From an uncultured Candidatus Saccharibacteria bacterium (lineage in GTDB: Bacteria; Patescibacteriota; Doudnabacteria; UBA920), in NCBI GenBank assembly GCA_964473815.1, contig CAYYQK010000001.1:243845-307844 (forward strand): a stretch of 64,000 bases of DNA, in the 5' to 3' direction. This document shows, piece by piece, positions 1 to 9,207 of the stretch. The first letter of the stretch is position 1; each line of letters starts with the position of its first letter. A program made the translations under genes and the position numbers. The notes below the pieces were generated by a model. The model was not told the DNA's origin. It searched no databases and saw only the letters and a list, made by a program, of their open reading frames with translations.

Positions 1-306
1 TTCGAAAAAATCTTCTGCAGCTATAGTTTTTATTTCGACATTCGTAATATTGTTTTGCTGTAAGAAATCTTTTGCGATGGAAGCGTGTTCAACATCTTTT
101 TCTAAAGATTCGATTTCAGCTTGAGGTGCAGCTGTGGCCATTACTGCTGCTGTATATCCGACCCCAGTGCCTATTTCTAAAATCTTTTTGGGTTTGTAAT
201 CTTTGATTGCTTCTTCTAATTCCTTACCATTTAAATATGGCTTGGCGCCACAGCCGTGTTGCTGTTGATGCTCAATGGCAAAATTAAAAAATTTCGAATC
301 AGACAT
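1..306 (-). CDS. Class I SAM-dependent O-methyltransferase (COMT/YrrM-like), 3' partial at window edge
   Basis: Minus-strand translation MSDSKFFNF...KKILEIGTGVGYTAAVMA carries the glycine-rich SAM-binding motif. The start ATG is at 306-304 and the ORF runs off the window start. Confidence 0.65.
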   Translation of the reverse strand, partial: MSDSKFFNFAIEHQQQHGCGAKPYLNGKELEEAIKDYKPKKILEIGTGVGYTAAVMATAAPQAEIESLEKDVEHASIAKDFLQQNNITNVEIKTIAAEDFFE

Positions 307-310
307 AAAA

Positions 311-583
311 TCAATTTGCCTGAGTTAAAAATAGATTGTATTTAAAAGTCTCCCCTTTTTGGAAGAAGAGTTTTATTATAGTCGAATCGTTCGGGTAGAA
401 TTTGTAATTGATTCTACCTAATGGACGTACATACGCTTGGATGTATTCATCTGGAGTAACAATTAAATTTATTGTCAGCTCGGTGTCAGTTTCTTCGACA
501 AGTTCGATTTCGATTATTTCGTCTGATTCTAAAACCGAACGAATCAGTTCGGCTTCTGGTTCAAATTTGCTGTAGTTCATCAT
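311..583 (-). CDS. Hypothetical protein (90 aa)
   Basis: ORF sits in a tight same-strand cluster. It overlaps the upstream gene by ATGA and lies 4 nt from the downstream methyltransferase. No recognisable motif. Confidence 0.4.
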   Translation of the reverse strand: MMNYSKFEPEAELIRSVLESDEIIEIELVEETDTELTINLIVTPDEYIQAYVRPLGRINYKFYPNDSTIIKLFFQKGETFKYNLFLTQAN

Positions 584-1080
584 TCTGTAAAGTTTACATC
601 ATCTTTATGTTTCCAGCCATACCATGCCACAAACAGGCCTAGTAACATAAAAGTAATTCCTAGTACTAATATTGTCGTCGCAACTGCATTGGTGTGATGA
701 ATCAATCCAAAATAGTTTAATAATTGATTCCAATCATGATCATCTGTGTCGCCGGTGAGCAAGGGCAATTGTCTTTTCACTGCATCGCCTGCGTAAACCG
801 AAACGTTTACAGTACTGATGCCCGTCCAATAAAGCATTGCGGTGGTAGAAAAATAAGCTTGTCTGAATAAAAAATATCCTGCTAACACTAGCGGCACCAA
901 AACTTGCATGATACTGCCACCGGCTATAGTAATTGCGTATCCAAAGAAAGAAAACACTACGTGACCGGCTTCGTGGAAAATTAAATCAACATTATCAATA
1001 AAATGCCAATCCATTTTTGTTTCAATGTAAAACAAGCAATAAAGAAATCCGAGCACTACAAAAAATAGTTTGTATTTCAT
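580..1080 (-). CDS. Polytopic membrane protein with an HEXXH motif (HEAGH), putative membrane metalloprotease-like
   Basis: Several hydrophobic segments. FHEAGHVVFS contains HExxH. Confidence 0.45.
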   Translation of the reverse strand: MKYKLFFVVLGFLYCLFYIETKMDWHFIDNVDLIFHEAGHVVFSFFGYAITIAGGSIMQVLVPLVLAGYFLFRQAYFSTTAMLYWTGISTVNVSVYAGDAVKRQLPLLTGDTDDHDWNQLLNYFGLIHHTNAVATTILVLGITFMLLGLFVAWYGWKHKDDVNFTE

Positions 1081-1124
1081 ACATAAATAATAACAAAAAA
1101 CCGCCTATGCGGCGATTTTTTAAC

Positions 1125-1316
1125 TTAGTTTTGACTCTTTGGTTTCCATAGCCAGCCTACTAACACTGCGGCAACCAAACATACGATGCCAATGATTCGG
1201 TGAATCGTGTGATTATACAATCCAAGAGAATCATGGTTTAAAGGCAAAGGTGCGTGATGGTCAAATAACCAATACACAGCCAACAAGAGCAAAACTATTA
1301 TTGCGATAGTTTTCAT
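1125..1316 (-). CDS. Small membrane protein (63 aa)
   Basis: Two hydrophobic helices. A weak hairpin plus T-run follows on the minus strand at 1095-1120. Confidence 0.35.
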   Translation of the reverse strand: MKTIAIIVLLLLAVYWLFDHHAPLPLNHDSLGLYNHTIHRIIGIVCLVAAVLVGWLWKPKSQN

Positions 1317-1417
1317 AATTCAATTATACTCTCATATTTAAAGCAAGCAAATCATTTTATGTTCATTTAGCAAAGTACAATTAATAGTGTTAAAGTCATA
1401 AAATATTTATTTTTTAT

Positions 1418-2512
1418 ATGCCAAAATTCATTCCCGGACTAAAACTAAATGAGCGTTACTACAAGGAAATTGTGAAGCCGCTAATGAAAGAACATTTTCC
1501 TAAACTCCCCTATGCCGTTGGTTTAATTGGTCATGGCTCTGATGTTTTAGGATATGACAACGAAACATCTATGGATCATAACTGGGGTCCTCATTTGGAA
1601 ATGTTTTTACGCAAAACTGATCATAAAAAATATGCAAAAAAAATTGATCGCATGCTTCAAAAGAATCTACCTTTAGAATTCATGGGCTTCCCAACAAATT
1701 TTACTGAGCCGGATCCGGATAGTTATTTGAAAGTGCAGATGAAAAAAATAAATAAAGGGCCAGTGAATCATTTTATTCATTTTCGAACTATTCAATCTTT
1801 TCTTAAGGACAAGCTTGGTTTTGATAGAGACGACAAAATCAAAATGGCTGACTGGCTCACTTTTCCTGAACAGGCTTTACTGGAGGTTACTTCGGGTAAG
1901 GTTTTTCATGATGATACGGGCGAATTGACTGCCATTAGAAAAGAACTAAGCTACTTTCCAGATGACATTTGGTATTACTGTATGGGCGTTCAATGGGGCC
2001 GTTTAGGTTTATTGCGATCTTTCCCCTCTCGTGATGCCAGTATGGGTGATGAATTAGGTTCGATGATCAATACATTTCGTTTAATTACTGAAATGATCAC
2101 TTTAGGTTTCCTAATTGGAAGGAAGTATGCACCGTACAGCAAATGGGTGGTCACTGCTTTCAAAGAATTAACAGTGGGTAAAAAATTGATTCCAGTTTTT
2201 ATGAAAATTAAAGACGAAAAAGATTGGCGCAAGCGACAAAACTTACTAAACGAAGCGCAAGCTATTTTGGCACGACGACACAATCAGTTAAAAATTACCA
2301 AGAAATTACCAGTAAGATTAACCGATCGTTACAAGCGTGGCTATAAAGTTTTTGATTTGGACATTTATCTTGATGCAGTTGGTAAGAAAATTAAGAGTCC
2401 GAAATTGCGTCGCATGAAATATCCCCTGGGAAAGATCGACCAATTCACCGACCACATTCAAATCAACAAAGAGAATCAAGTTTTTTTGGAATTCAAGTCA
2501 ATTATTAAATAA
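1418..2512 (+). CDS. Nucleotidyltransferase-domain protein (Pol beta superfamily-like)
   Basis: GLIGHGSDVLGYDNETSMDHNWGP fits the hG[GS]...D.[DE] nucleotidyltransferase signature. Function unknown. Confidence 0.45.
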   Translation: MPKFIPGLKLNERYYKEIVKPLMKEHFPKLPYAVGLIGHGSDVLGYDNETSMDHNWGPHLEMFLRKTDHKKYAKKIDRMLQKNLPLEFMGFPTNFTEPDPDSYLKVQMKKINKGPVNHFIHFRTIQSFLKDKLGFDRDDKIKMADWLTFPEQALLEVTSGKVFHDDTGELTAIRKELSYFPDDIWYYCMGVQWGRLGLLRSFPSRDASMGDELGSMINTFRLITEMITLGFLIGRKYAPYSKWVVTAFKELTVGKKLIPVFMKIKDEKDWRKRQNLLNEAQAILARRHNQLKITKKLPVRLTDRYKRGYKVFDLDIYLDAVGKKIKSPKLRRMKYPLGKIDQFTDHIQINKENQVFLEFKSIIK

Positions 2513-3429
2513 TAATTAATGCTTAACAAAAATATGCTTAAAATAAACAACATACCTTGTTCAACAAGAGGAACCATTAAATAACCCGCAACACTGTTTC
2601 TAATGAACTTCTCCGGGAATAAATTTGATGTTATTTTTGCCAACAGTGGATGCTTAAAAAATCTTTTTGCCTTGCTCTCGAATCCCTTCATTGTAGGCAA
2701 AACATTTTGTGACAGATTTACTTTCACTTCCATACTAAAGCCGGAATTTAAAACTTCTGTTTCAAAATTATCTAATGTTTCAAACTTACTCACTGCCATG
2801 CCATATTCTACCAAAACTGCGGACTTTTCGATAATATTGTTCTTATAAATAGGTTCTGTTCTGTATCCATCCAAAACGTACAACCTCCCGCCAGGTTTAA
2901 GGATGCGATGTATCTCTGAGAATAATTTTTTCTTATCATTACTGTGACAAAAGGTTTCAATGCCAAAAACTAAGTCTAGGGATTGATCAGAGATAAAGCC
3001 TAAATCGTGGAAGTCTCCCTTTATAAATTTAACATTGCTTAGATTTTTATACTTTATTAAAGGATTAATCGACAAATCAACTGCGGTTATCTTTACGTCA
3101 GGGTTCCTTTTAGCGATATAAAATGAATTCGCCCCTCTTCCGCTCCCCAACTCTAATATTGTCGAATAATTATTTTTCTTAATCGTTTGACTTATTTCTT
3201 CCACCGCCACTTCCAAATCTCTTTCATCGTATTCAGCCCTTTCGGAAATGCCCATATGCAAATAGCCTGAAGAATTATGAAATAATCTATAAGCAAGCCT
3301 GTTCTTAATATAATAATCTTTTATCTCAGGATTATTTTGCGGCGCGTTCATCAAAACGGAAGCATTTATCACTTTTTCAATATCAGCTATTTTTTTTTGA
3401 AATACATTTTCCATGCTAAAAGTATACAC
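2476..3429 (-). CDS. Class I SAM-dependent methyltransferase
   Basis: LELGSGRGANSFYIAKRNPDVKITAVDLS is SAM motif I. The 3' end overlaps the convergent 1418..2512 gene by 37 nt. Confidence 0.75.
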   Translation of the reverse strand: MYTFSMENVFQKKIADIEKVINASVLMNAPQNNPEIKDYYIKNRLAYRLFHNSSGYLHMGISERAEYDERDLEVAVEEISQTIKKNNYSTILELGSGRGANSFYIAKRNPDVKITAVDLSINPLIKYKNLSNVKFIKGDFHDLGFISDQSLDLVFGIETFCHSNDKKKLFSEIHRILKPGGRLYVLDGYRTEPIYKNNIIEKSAVLVEYGMAVSKFETLDNFETEVLNSGFSMEVKVNLSQNVLPTMKGFESKAKRFFKHPLLAKITSNLFPEKFIRNSVAGYLMVPLVEQGMLFILSIFLLSINYYLIIDLNSKKT

Positions 3430-3487
3430 CAGTTCAATTCTCCTCTATCACCAAACAAAAAACACTAGAGTTAACTAATGTTTTTTG

Positions 3488-3561
3488 TGGCAGGGGCTGT
3501 AGGAATCGAACCTACGACAAAGGTTTTGGAGACCTTTGTGATACCACTTCACCAAGCCCCC
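3488..3561 (-). tRNA. trnW: tRNA-Trp (anticodon CCA)
   Basis: The reverse complement folds as a cloverleaf. Acceptor GGGGGCT/AGCCCCT, anticodon stem AAGGT/ACCTT with loop CTCCAAA, T-loop TTCGATT, encoded CCA end. Confidence 0.9.
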
Positions 3562-3796
3562 GGAGCTTTAGTGCCTACTAATTATAGCAAATCCCGCTCA
3601 GGGCGGGACTTACTACTTAGTTTCTTTATGAGCAGTCTGCTTGCGGCAGTGCTTACAATATTTCTTGATTTCCAAACGCGCCTGAGTGTTCTTCTTGTTC
3701 TTCGTTGTAGCGTAGTTCAAGTTATGGCAAACAGTGCATTCCAAATCGATGCGGTTATCCTGTGACATTCTTTTATAAATTATAAATTGATAATTC

Positions 3797-3872
3797 TGGA
3801 GCCGGCTGTCGGACTCGAACCGACCACCTACGGTTTACAAAACCGTTGCTCTACCGGATGAGCTAAGCCGGC
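3797..3872 (-). tRNA. trnT: tRNA-Thr (anticodon TGT)
   Basis: The reverse complement gives acceptor GCCGGCT/AGCCGGC, anticodon stem ACGGT/ACCGT with loop TTTGTAA, T-loop TTCGAGT, encoded CCA. Confidence 0.9.
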
Positions 3873-3915
3873 CAATATATGACCTTTTGGCAACTCAAAA
3901 ATTCTATCATATTCC

Positions 3916-3944
3916 CTTGCAAAAGTCCAGTGGGTATGCTATTA
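3916..3944 (+). promoter_or_regulatory. Candidate sigma70-type promoter (TTGCAA-N17-TATTAT)
   Basis: Read directly from sequence. It would drive a plus-strand transcript ending at the 4253-4290 terminator. Confidence 0.4.
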
Positions 3945-3950
3945 TTTGCC

Positions 3951-4290
3951 TACCTTCGATATCTTAACAGAATTTAAACCCTAAATATCTAAGCCAAATT
4001 TAAAACACATTGAGATTTGCTCATCTTAATTGTCCAAGGAGGACAATTTGGAACCCCGCTTTACCACAATCACAGGGACAGCGGGTCCATAAAAAGTTTT
4101 GTCGGTGTGAAGGCTTTGCCGAGCAATAGCACTGACAAAAGACGACGAAACTGATCACAAAAGTGAGGTGTAACATGAAAGTGTACATGAGTAACTCTTG
4201 TAGGAAGTTTTGTCACATCCCGTATGCCCTTCACAGGTCATACGAGCCATTAGCCCCGCGATCGTTGACCGGGGCCTTTTTATTTTTTCT
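3951..4290 (+). ncRNA. Candidate structured non-coding RNA of about 340 nt, family unassigned
   Basis: Region between tRNA genes with no credible ORF. It has a promoter, internal hairpins (for example TTTTGTCGGTG...CACTGACAAAA) and an intrinsic terminator. No tmRNA T-arm/CCA features were seen. Confidence 0.25.
4253..4290 (+). terminator. Rho-independent terminator (GCCCC-13 nt loop-GGGGC, then T-run)
   Basis: Stem 4253-4257/4271-4275 followed by CTTTTTATTTTTTCTTTTTT on the plus strand only. Confidence 0.55.
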
Positions 4291-4471
4291 TTTTTGTCGA
4301 CTTGCGGCCACTTCCACTTTTCTTTCCCCCGCCAGACATCTTATTTACCGTTGCCCAAGCTCGGGATTCGGCTTCCTTTTTAGATACCCCGCGTTTTTCA
4401 TATCCTTCCTCGATATGTTGTGCTTGGCGATCTTGCTTGTCTGTGTATTTTGATTTATCACCTCGTGGCAT
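4280..4471 (-). CDS. Small basic Lys/Gly-rich protein (63 aa), stress-protein-like
   Basis: RBS AAAGGA 4 nt before the ATG. C-terminal SGGGKKSGSGRKSTKKKK tail. Confidence 0.5.
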   Translation of the reverse strand: MPRGDKSKYTDKQDRQAQHIEEGYEKRGVSKKEAESRAWATVNKMSGGGKKSGSGRKSTKKKK

Positions 4472-4581
4472 AAAATCCTTTCGTTAATATACATTGATTC
4501 TAATAAACTGCTCTGATTTTTGGCTGAATTACATCCTTTACTAAAACCTAAAAATAGGCTAAAATTACGAAGTAAAAATAT

Positions 4582-4666
4582 GGGTAGGTACTCAAGTGGT
4601 CAACGAGGGCTGACTGTAAATCAGCTGGCTTCGCCTTCAGAGGTTCGAATCCTCTCCTGCCCACCA
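4582..4666 (+). tRNA. trnY: tRNA-Tyr (anticodon GTA)
   Basis: Acceptor GGGTAGG/CCTGCCC with one G-U pair. Anticodon stem GCTGA/TCAGC with loop CTGTAAA. Long variable arm, T-loop TTCGAAT, encoded CCA. Confidence 0.9.
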
Positions 4667-4678
4667 CGAAAAAATTAA

Positions 4679-4701
4679 AGCACCCGCAAGGGTGTTTTTT
4701 T
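4679..4701. terminator. Bidirectional intrinsic terminator (CACCC-GCAA-GGGTG flanked by A- and T-runs)
   Basis: Hairpin 4681-4694 followed by TTTTTTT. It lies between tRNA-Tyr (+) and purA (-). Confidence 0.7.
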
Positions 4702-4777
4702 GATTACAAATTTTAGATATAAAAAAGCCTTCTATCATCAAAAGAATCAAGAAGGCAAAAAGCTGGAGGTTTATTTA

Positions 4778-6253
4778 TCAAAACCGGTCGCGGACTATCA
4801 GCCCGGCTCGGCTTGGGCTTGTTCCGATAAAATTGATCGGGACATTTCCCAAATTTACTTCCAAGCGATTGACGTAGTTCTGAGCTGTCGACGGCAAATC
4901 ATCCCAATCTGTTATGCCATCGATACATTCATCCCATCCGTCGAGTCTTTCGTAAAACGGGGCAATATTTCCACGTGTGGGGTTTCCCCCCAAGGAAGTG
5001 TACGCATCTCCATTGCGGTCATACTCGGATACATACGGTATAGACTTGATCCCGTTTAGCATATCGAACCGAGTGAGTGCAAGCATATCCGCGCCGGTAG
5101 TCTGGGCAGCATATCGCAGCCATTCCCAATCAGCATAACCGACGCTCCGACCTCTGCCAGTGGTCGCACCCCGCTCGTCACCAAGTACCTGGTAGTACTG
5201 GGAGATTTCACTATTAAGAGCGGTTTCATTGTTTATCTTTTCGAGCAATCCCTTCAGGAATACAGACCTACTTCCGTTTGACTCTGGCCCAAACAGATCT
5301 TGTCGTTCGTGCGGGAACTTCTCGGCGGGTGATCTAGACCAGATCTCACTGGGGAATTCGCCCGCACCTACCCGCGTGGGCAATGCTTTCGCGACAAGAA
5401 GAGTTGTGTCGAAATACTTAGGCGCAATACCCAAGCCCTGAGGTGCTCCCAGATTTGTAGAGAGCCCTGACGACACATAAGGATATGTCCCGTAAGTTCT
5501 ATCCAATCCAACTGACTGAGCCCCTTCGGCCAGAATCTTAGCGCCATTTTTGAATTCTTGGCGTAAAAAGGCTGGCACATCCGCGATGAATCGATTGATC
5601 TTTTGAGCTTGGTTGCTCAAAAGAGTGACGACGAAATCGGGATGCGGAATTTCGAGCAGTGGACGAGAAGCGTGCATTCTCGAGAAGACTGGCTCTACGC
5701 TTGTGAATAATTCGAAAAGCTTGTCGGCCAAGACCTCGGGCGGTAAAAACAAGTCTGCGACCCGAATCCCGTTTCGGAGTGCATCAAATCCTGCCAACGG
5801 CCCGATCGCTTTGTTGGTCGTATTGATTGCATTCTTGCCACGGCAAAATTCCAACCATCCCTCAAACAAGCTATGGTACGGCGTTCGTACTGGGCAATTA
5901 GGATCAATGATTATCCTTGGCAGGCTATCTCCGACCACTTTTTGCGCGTCTTGTAATTCCACGAGAAAGGCTTCGATATCGAAGAAAACTCCCGGACCCA
6001 TGACACAGGGTTTGTTTTGGGCGATCCCACAGGGAATGAGATGACTCACAACCTTGATCCCGTTTTCAGTGAAAACGGTATGCCCAGCGTTGGCGCCACC
6101 GCTGTACCGAGCGATGATGTCGAATAGCGGAGCGATGGCATCGATTATTTTACCCTTGCCTTCATCTCCCCAATAAGCTCCCACAACTGTTAGTATGCGG
6201 GTACTTCTAAATAGCTTGCGAATTTTCAATCGCATTTCCTCTAAAACTTTCAT
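4778..6253 (-). CDS. purA: Adenylosuccinate synthetase (491 aa, extended form)
   Basis: GDEGKGK P-loop and GGANAGHT motifs near the N-terminus. Confidence 0.85.
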   Translation of the reverse strand: MKVLEEMRLKIRKLFRSTRILTVVGAYWGDEGKGKIIDAIAPLFDIIARYSGGANAGHTVFTENGIKVVSHLIPCGIAQNKPCVMGPGVFFDIEAFLVELQDAQKVVGDSLPRIIIDPNCPVRTPYHSLFEGWLEFCRGKNAINTTNKAIGPLAGFDALRNGIRVADLFLPPEVLADKLFELFTSVEPVFSRMHASRPLLEIPHPDFVVTLLSNQAQKINRFIADVPAFLRQEFKNGAKILAEGAQSVGLDRTYGTYPYVSSGLSTNLGAPQGLGIAPKYFDTTLLVAKALPTRVGAGEFPSEIWSRSPAEKFPHERQDLFGPESNGSRSVFLKGLLEKINNETALNSEISQYYQVLGDERGATTGRGRSVGYADWEWLRYAAQTTGADMLALTRFDMLNGIKSIPYVSEYDRNGDAYTSLGGNPTRGNIAPFYERLDGWDECIDGITDWDDLPSTAQNYVNRLEVNLGNVPINFIGTSPSRAGLIVRDRF

Positions 6254-6390
6254 TTTTCCTCCAGCTTAACTGTAAATTTGCAATTCTGGGATAAATTTCC
6301 CGCCTAAACATAACATCTATTCGCAGGGAGGTCAAAGTGAATTTTGTATCAAAAAACAGCCTTCGAAAATCTTTCTGAAAGACTGTTTTC

Positions 6391-6466
6391 TGGAGCCGTT
6401 GTGCGGGATCGAACCGCAGACCTTCTCCTTACCATGGAGATGCTCTACCAACTGAGCTACAACGGC
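6391..6466 (-). tRNA. trnT: tRNA-Thr (anticodon GGT)
   Basis: The reverse complement gives GCCGTTG/CAACGGC acceptor, anticodon stem TCTCC/GGAGA with loop ATGGTAA, T-loop TTCGATC, encoded CCA. Confidence 0.85.
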
Positions 6467-6514
6467 ATATAAGTTGCGCGGCAGATATTGCTACCAAAAC
6501 GCAACTCAAATAGT

Positions 6515-7285
6515 TTACTTATTTTTATGAATTTTTTCAATCGGCACTGCTGTCTTTGCTTTCGATTCCATTTCAAATCGCAAGTCTGCATATTTTCGAT
6601 TGCCAGAATCAAGTTCGAGAGCGTGATCTAAAGCTTTTACAGCGTCCCGCCAATTCTTTTGTCCTTGCAATGCTAAAGCCAAATTGTAATATCTGTTCGG
6701 ATGACTCGGATCCAACTTTACCGATTCACTGTACGCTTTCTCAGACTTTTCAAATTCCTGATCATGCAAATGCGCAAGTCCTAACTTAGCAAAATAATTA
6801 CTGTTAGTTGCTGCGTGTTCAGTTAAATAGTCATAAACATTGGCAGCATCAGTGTATTTTTTTGCTTCCAAATAGAATTGACCGAGTTGATCGTAATAAA
6901 CCAATTCCTTTGGATGTCGTTTGATTAACTTAATATAGTAATCTTCACCGCGCGCAATCGGCGGCTTAGTTTCCGCTTCGTTATCTTTGCGTAATATCTT
7001 TTTAAAACTGTAACTGATTTTCGGCGCTTGCCTTAGCCCCTTCGCTTCCAGCATGAAGTGCCAAGTTTTATGCCAGACAATTTGTAGCCAACTTTTAAAG
7101 CGTGATGCTGTTTTAGTTGGCAATCCTTTTTCCTGAGCGAGCACTTCAGCAGCAACACCAGTGTCATCTGCCAACTTATCTTTCTCATTCTCCCCTACGG
7201 CCTGCGGCAATCTGCGCACAACCATAACAATCACCCCCAGGATCGATACAATCAAGATTAAGTTGGCGACGAGGTTGTAAGGCAT
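6515..7285 (-). CDS. TPR-repeat protein with N-terminal transmembrane anchor
   Basis: N-terminal hydrophobic helix, then repeated TPR-like helical repeats. Sits directly downstream of tsf. Confidence 0.65.
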   Translation of the reverse strand: MPYNLVANLILIVSILGVIVMVVRRLPQAVGENEKDKLADDTGVAAEVLAQEKGLPTKTASRFKSWLQIVWHKTWHFMLEAKGLRQAPKISYSFKKILRKDNEAETKPPIARGEDYYIKLIKRHPKELVYYDQLGQFYLEAKKYTDAANVYDYLTEHAATNSNYFAKLGLAHLHDQEFEKSEKAYSESVKLDPSHPNRYYNLALALQGQKNWRDAVKALDHALELDSGNRKYADLRFEMESKAKTAVPIEKIHKNK

Positions 7286-7311
7286 TTTAATTTAGACGGC
7301 TTAGTTTCCGA

Positions 7312-7902
7312 TTAGTTACCGAGCATAAAGCGAGCAAAACGGCGGACTTGAACATTTTCTCCCATCTTGGCGGTACTTTCGGCAATCAGGGCGGAGATTT
7401 TTTTACTTGGATCTTTCACAAATGGTTGTTCTAGCAAACAAGATTCCTCGTAATACTTTTCTAGGTTACCAGTGATAATTTTTTCAATTACATCTGCTGG
7501 TTTACCTGTTGCTTGTGCTTGTTCTTTGTAAATTTCTTGTTCCTTAGCAATTACTTCCGCAGGAACGTCTTCTCGAGAAACATACAACGGATTACTTGCT
7601 GCAATATGCAAAGCTAATTCTTTTGCCAAGGCTTTGAAGTCATCTGTGCGGGCAACAAAATCTGTTTCACAATTTAATTCTACCAAAGCGCCAACGCGGC
7701 CGCCAGCGTGAATATAACTTTCAACAACACCTTCGTTAGCAACGCGGTCAGCTTTTTTTGCAAGCTTAGCCATGCCTTTTTTACGAAGGATTTCCAAAGC
7801 TTTTTCGCGATCATCGCCAGCTTCGGTTAGGGCTTCTTTTACATCTACAATACCTGCGCCAGTTAATTCGCGCAGATCTTTAATTAAAGAGCTATCTGCC
7901 AT
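7312..7902 (-). CDS. tsf: Elongation factor Ts (short 196-aa form)
   Basis: N-terminal LIKDLRELTGAGIVDVKEAL UBA-like signature. Follows rpsB. Confidence 0.9.
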   Translation of the reverse strand: MADSSLIKDLRELTGAGIVDVKEALTEAGDDREKALEILRKKGMAKLAKKADRVANEGVVESYIHAGGRVGALVELNCETDFVARTDDFKALAKELALHIAASNPLYVSREDVPAEVIAKEQEIYKEQAQATGKPADVIEKIITGNLEKYYEESCLLEQPFVKDPSKKISALIAESTAKMGENVQVRRFARFMLGN

Positions 7903-7923
7903 GTGTTTATATTTTTAATGATG

Positions 7924-8649
7924 TTATTCAGCCGATACTGTGGCTGGTGCAGCTGCTACAGGAGCTGCAGATTTGTTTTCTTTATATGCATTAGCAATTA
8001 CAGTGGTAACTAAGTCAATTGCTGCTGTTGCATCGTCATTACAAGGAATTGGATAGTCAATTCCATCTGGATTTGAATTGGTATCTACAATTGCAATTAC
8101 CGGCACCTTCATTTTACGAGCTTCAGCAAGTGCGATGTCGTCGTAATTGATATCAGCGATGAACACAGCTTGAGGAATACGCTTCATATCTTTCATACCA
8201 GAGAAAAGTTTTTCCAACTTTTCAATTTCACGCTCTACCATTAAGCGTTCCTTTTTAGTGTAACGGCTTTCTAGTTGACCATTAGCTTTCATTTCTTGCA
8301 ACTTTTCAAGCTTGCGTACCGTACGTTGAATAGTTTTGAAGTTAGTGAATGTTCCACCCAACCAACGAACATTAATAAATGGTTGGCCAGCTACTTTTGC
8401 TTGCGCTTCAACAACTGCACGAGCTTGGCGCTTAGTACCAATGAACAAAATGGTGCCACCGCTTTGCGCAATACTAGCAACAAAGTCTGCAGCTTTACCA
8501 AGAGCTTTACGGGTCTTTTCAAGATCCAAAATATGGATATCGTTACGAACCGTAAAAATGTAGGACTTCATTTTTGGATTCCAGCGGGAAGTCTTGTGCC
8601 CAAAATGAGCGCCGCTTTGGAGCAACTCTAAAAGAGAGATATCTTTCAT
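7924..8649 (-). CDS. rpsB: 30S ribosomal protein S2
   Basis: LLQSGAHFGHKTSRWNPKM signature. Confidence 0.95.
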   Translation of the reverse strand: MKDISLLELLQSGAHFGHKTSRWNPKMKSYIFTVRNDIHILDLEKTRKALGKAADFVASIAQSGGTILFIGTKRQARAVVEAQAKVAGQPFINVRWLGGTFTNFKTIQRTVRKLEKLQEMKANGQLESRYTKKERLMVEREIEKLEKLFSGMKDMKRIPQAVFIADINYDDIALAEARKMKVPVIAIVDTNSNPDGIDYPIPCNDDATAAIDLVTTVIANAYKENKSAAPVAAAPATVSAE

Positions 8650-8764
8650 TGTTGTTTACCCTTTCTCTTCTATTTCGCTAGGTCTTGAGTAGTGCCAGAG
8701 GCCCCTACAGACAGGGAAACACGCGAAATATGTTTAATTAATTACTCGCAAAGTATAACACCTC

Positions 8765-8793
8765 TTGACGAAAAATGCAAATACTCGTATAAT
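8765..8793 (+). promoter_or_regulatory. Sigma70-type promoter TTGACG-N17-TATAAT for rpmE
   Basis: Consensus hexamers read directly from sequence. Confidence 0.55.
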
Positions 8794-8876
8794 TAGTAAA
8801 GTTATCAATAAACCTGTCATGTATAAGCGGTTTTTGGCAAGTTTGCCACCGCCCGAGCATGTCGAGAAAGGTCCTT

Positions 8877-9146
8877 ATGAAATCTGGAATTCATCCAAAT
8901 TACAACAGCAATGTGGCTGTAACCTGCTCTTGTGGCAACAATTTTACCACAGGGTCCACTGCAGAAAAGATCGAAACTGAAATCTGTAGTAACTGTCACC
9001 CGTTTTACACTGGTAAGCAAAAACTACTTGATACTCGCGGTAATGTTGAACGCTTCAAGAAGCGCCAAGAATTGGCCGCAAAAGTTGCAGCAGAAAAGAA
9101 AGAAAAAAAGCCACGTAAGACTCGTGGCACAGCTAAAGCTGAATAG
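8877..9146 (+). CDS. rpmE: 50S ribosomal protein L31 with Lys-rich C-terminal extension
   Basis: MKSGIHPNY...CSCG...[13 protein letters not shown] signature. RBS GAAAGG 6 nt upstream. The track ORF starts at an earlier in-frame ATG at 8859. Confidence 0.9.
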   Translation: MKSGIHPNYNSNVAVTCSCGNNFTTGSTAEKIETEICSNCHPFYTGKQKLLDTRGNVERFKKRQELAAKVAAEKKEKKPRKTRGTAKAE

Positions 9147-9157
9147 TTTATAAAAAA

Positions 9158-9190
9158 TCGACCACCGCTTCACAACGGTGGTCTTTTTAA
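9158..9190. terminator. Intrinsic terminator (GACCACCG-8 nt loop-CGGTGGTC then TTTTT)
   Basis: Between convergent rpmE (+) and the 9208 gene (-). Confidence 0.7.
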
Positions 9191-9207
9191 AAAGAAAAGA
9201 ATTGGCA

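Noticed and set aside
3478-3765. 95-aa plus-strand ORF
   Set aside because: It overlaps the well-formed minus-strand tRNA-Trp and runs toward tRNA-Thr. It is a chance ORF across an RNA gene.
3945-4290. tmRNA (ssrA) hypothesis for the tRNA-flanked ncRNA candidate
   Set aside because: No GGTTCGA-type T-arm, no acceptor/CCA 3' end, and no tag-peptide reading frame ending in a stop were found on either strand.
4163-4453. 96-aa plus-strand ORF (RBS-like GAGGTG before an internal ATG)
   Set aside because: It reads straight through a strong plus-strand intrinsic terminator. It also overlaps the better-supported minus-strand 63-aa gene, which has its own RBS.
5613-6044. Plus-strand ORFs of 70-143 aa inside purA (also 4700..5059, 5229..5441)
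   Set aside because: They are antisense to a confidently identified purA and have low-complexity composition.
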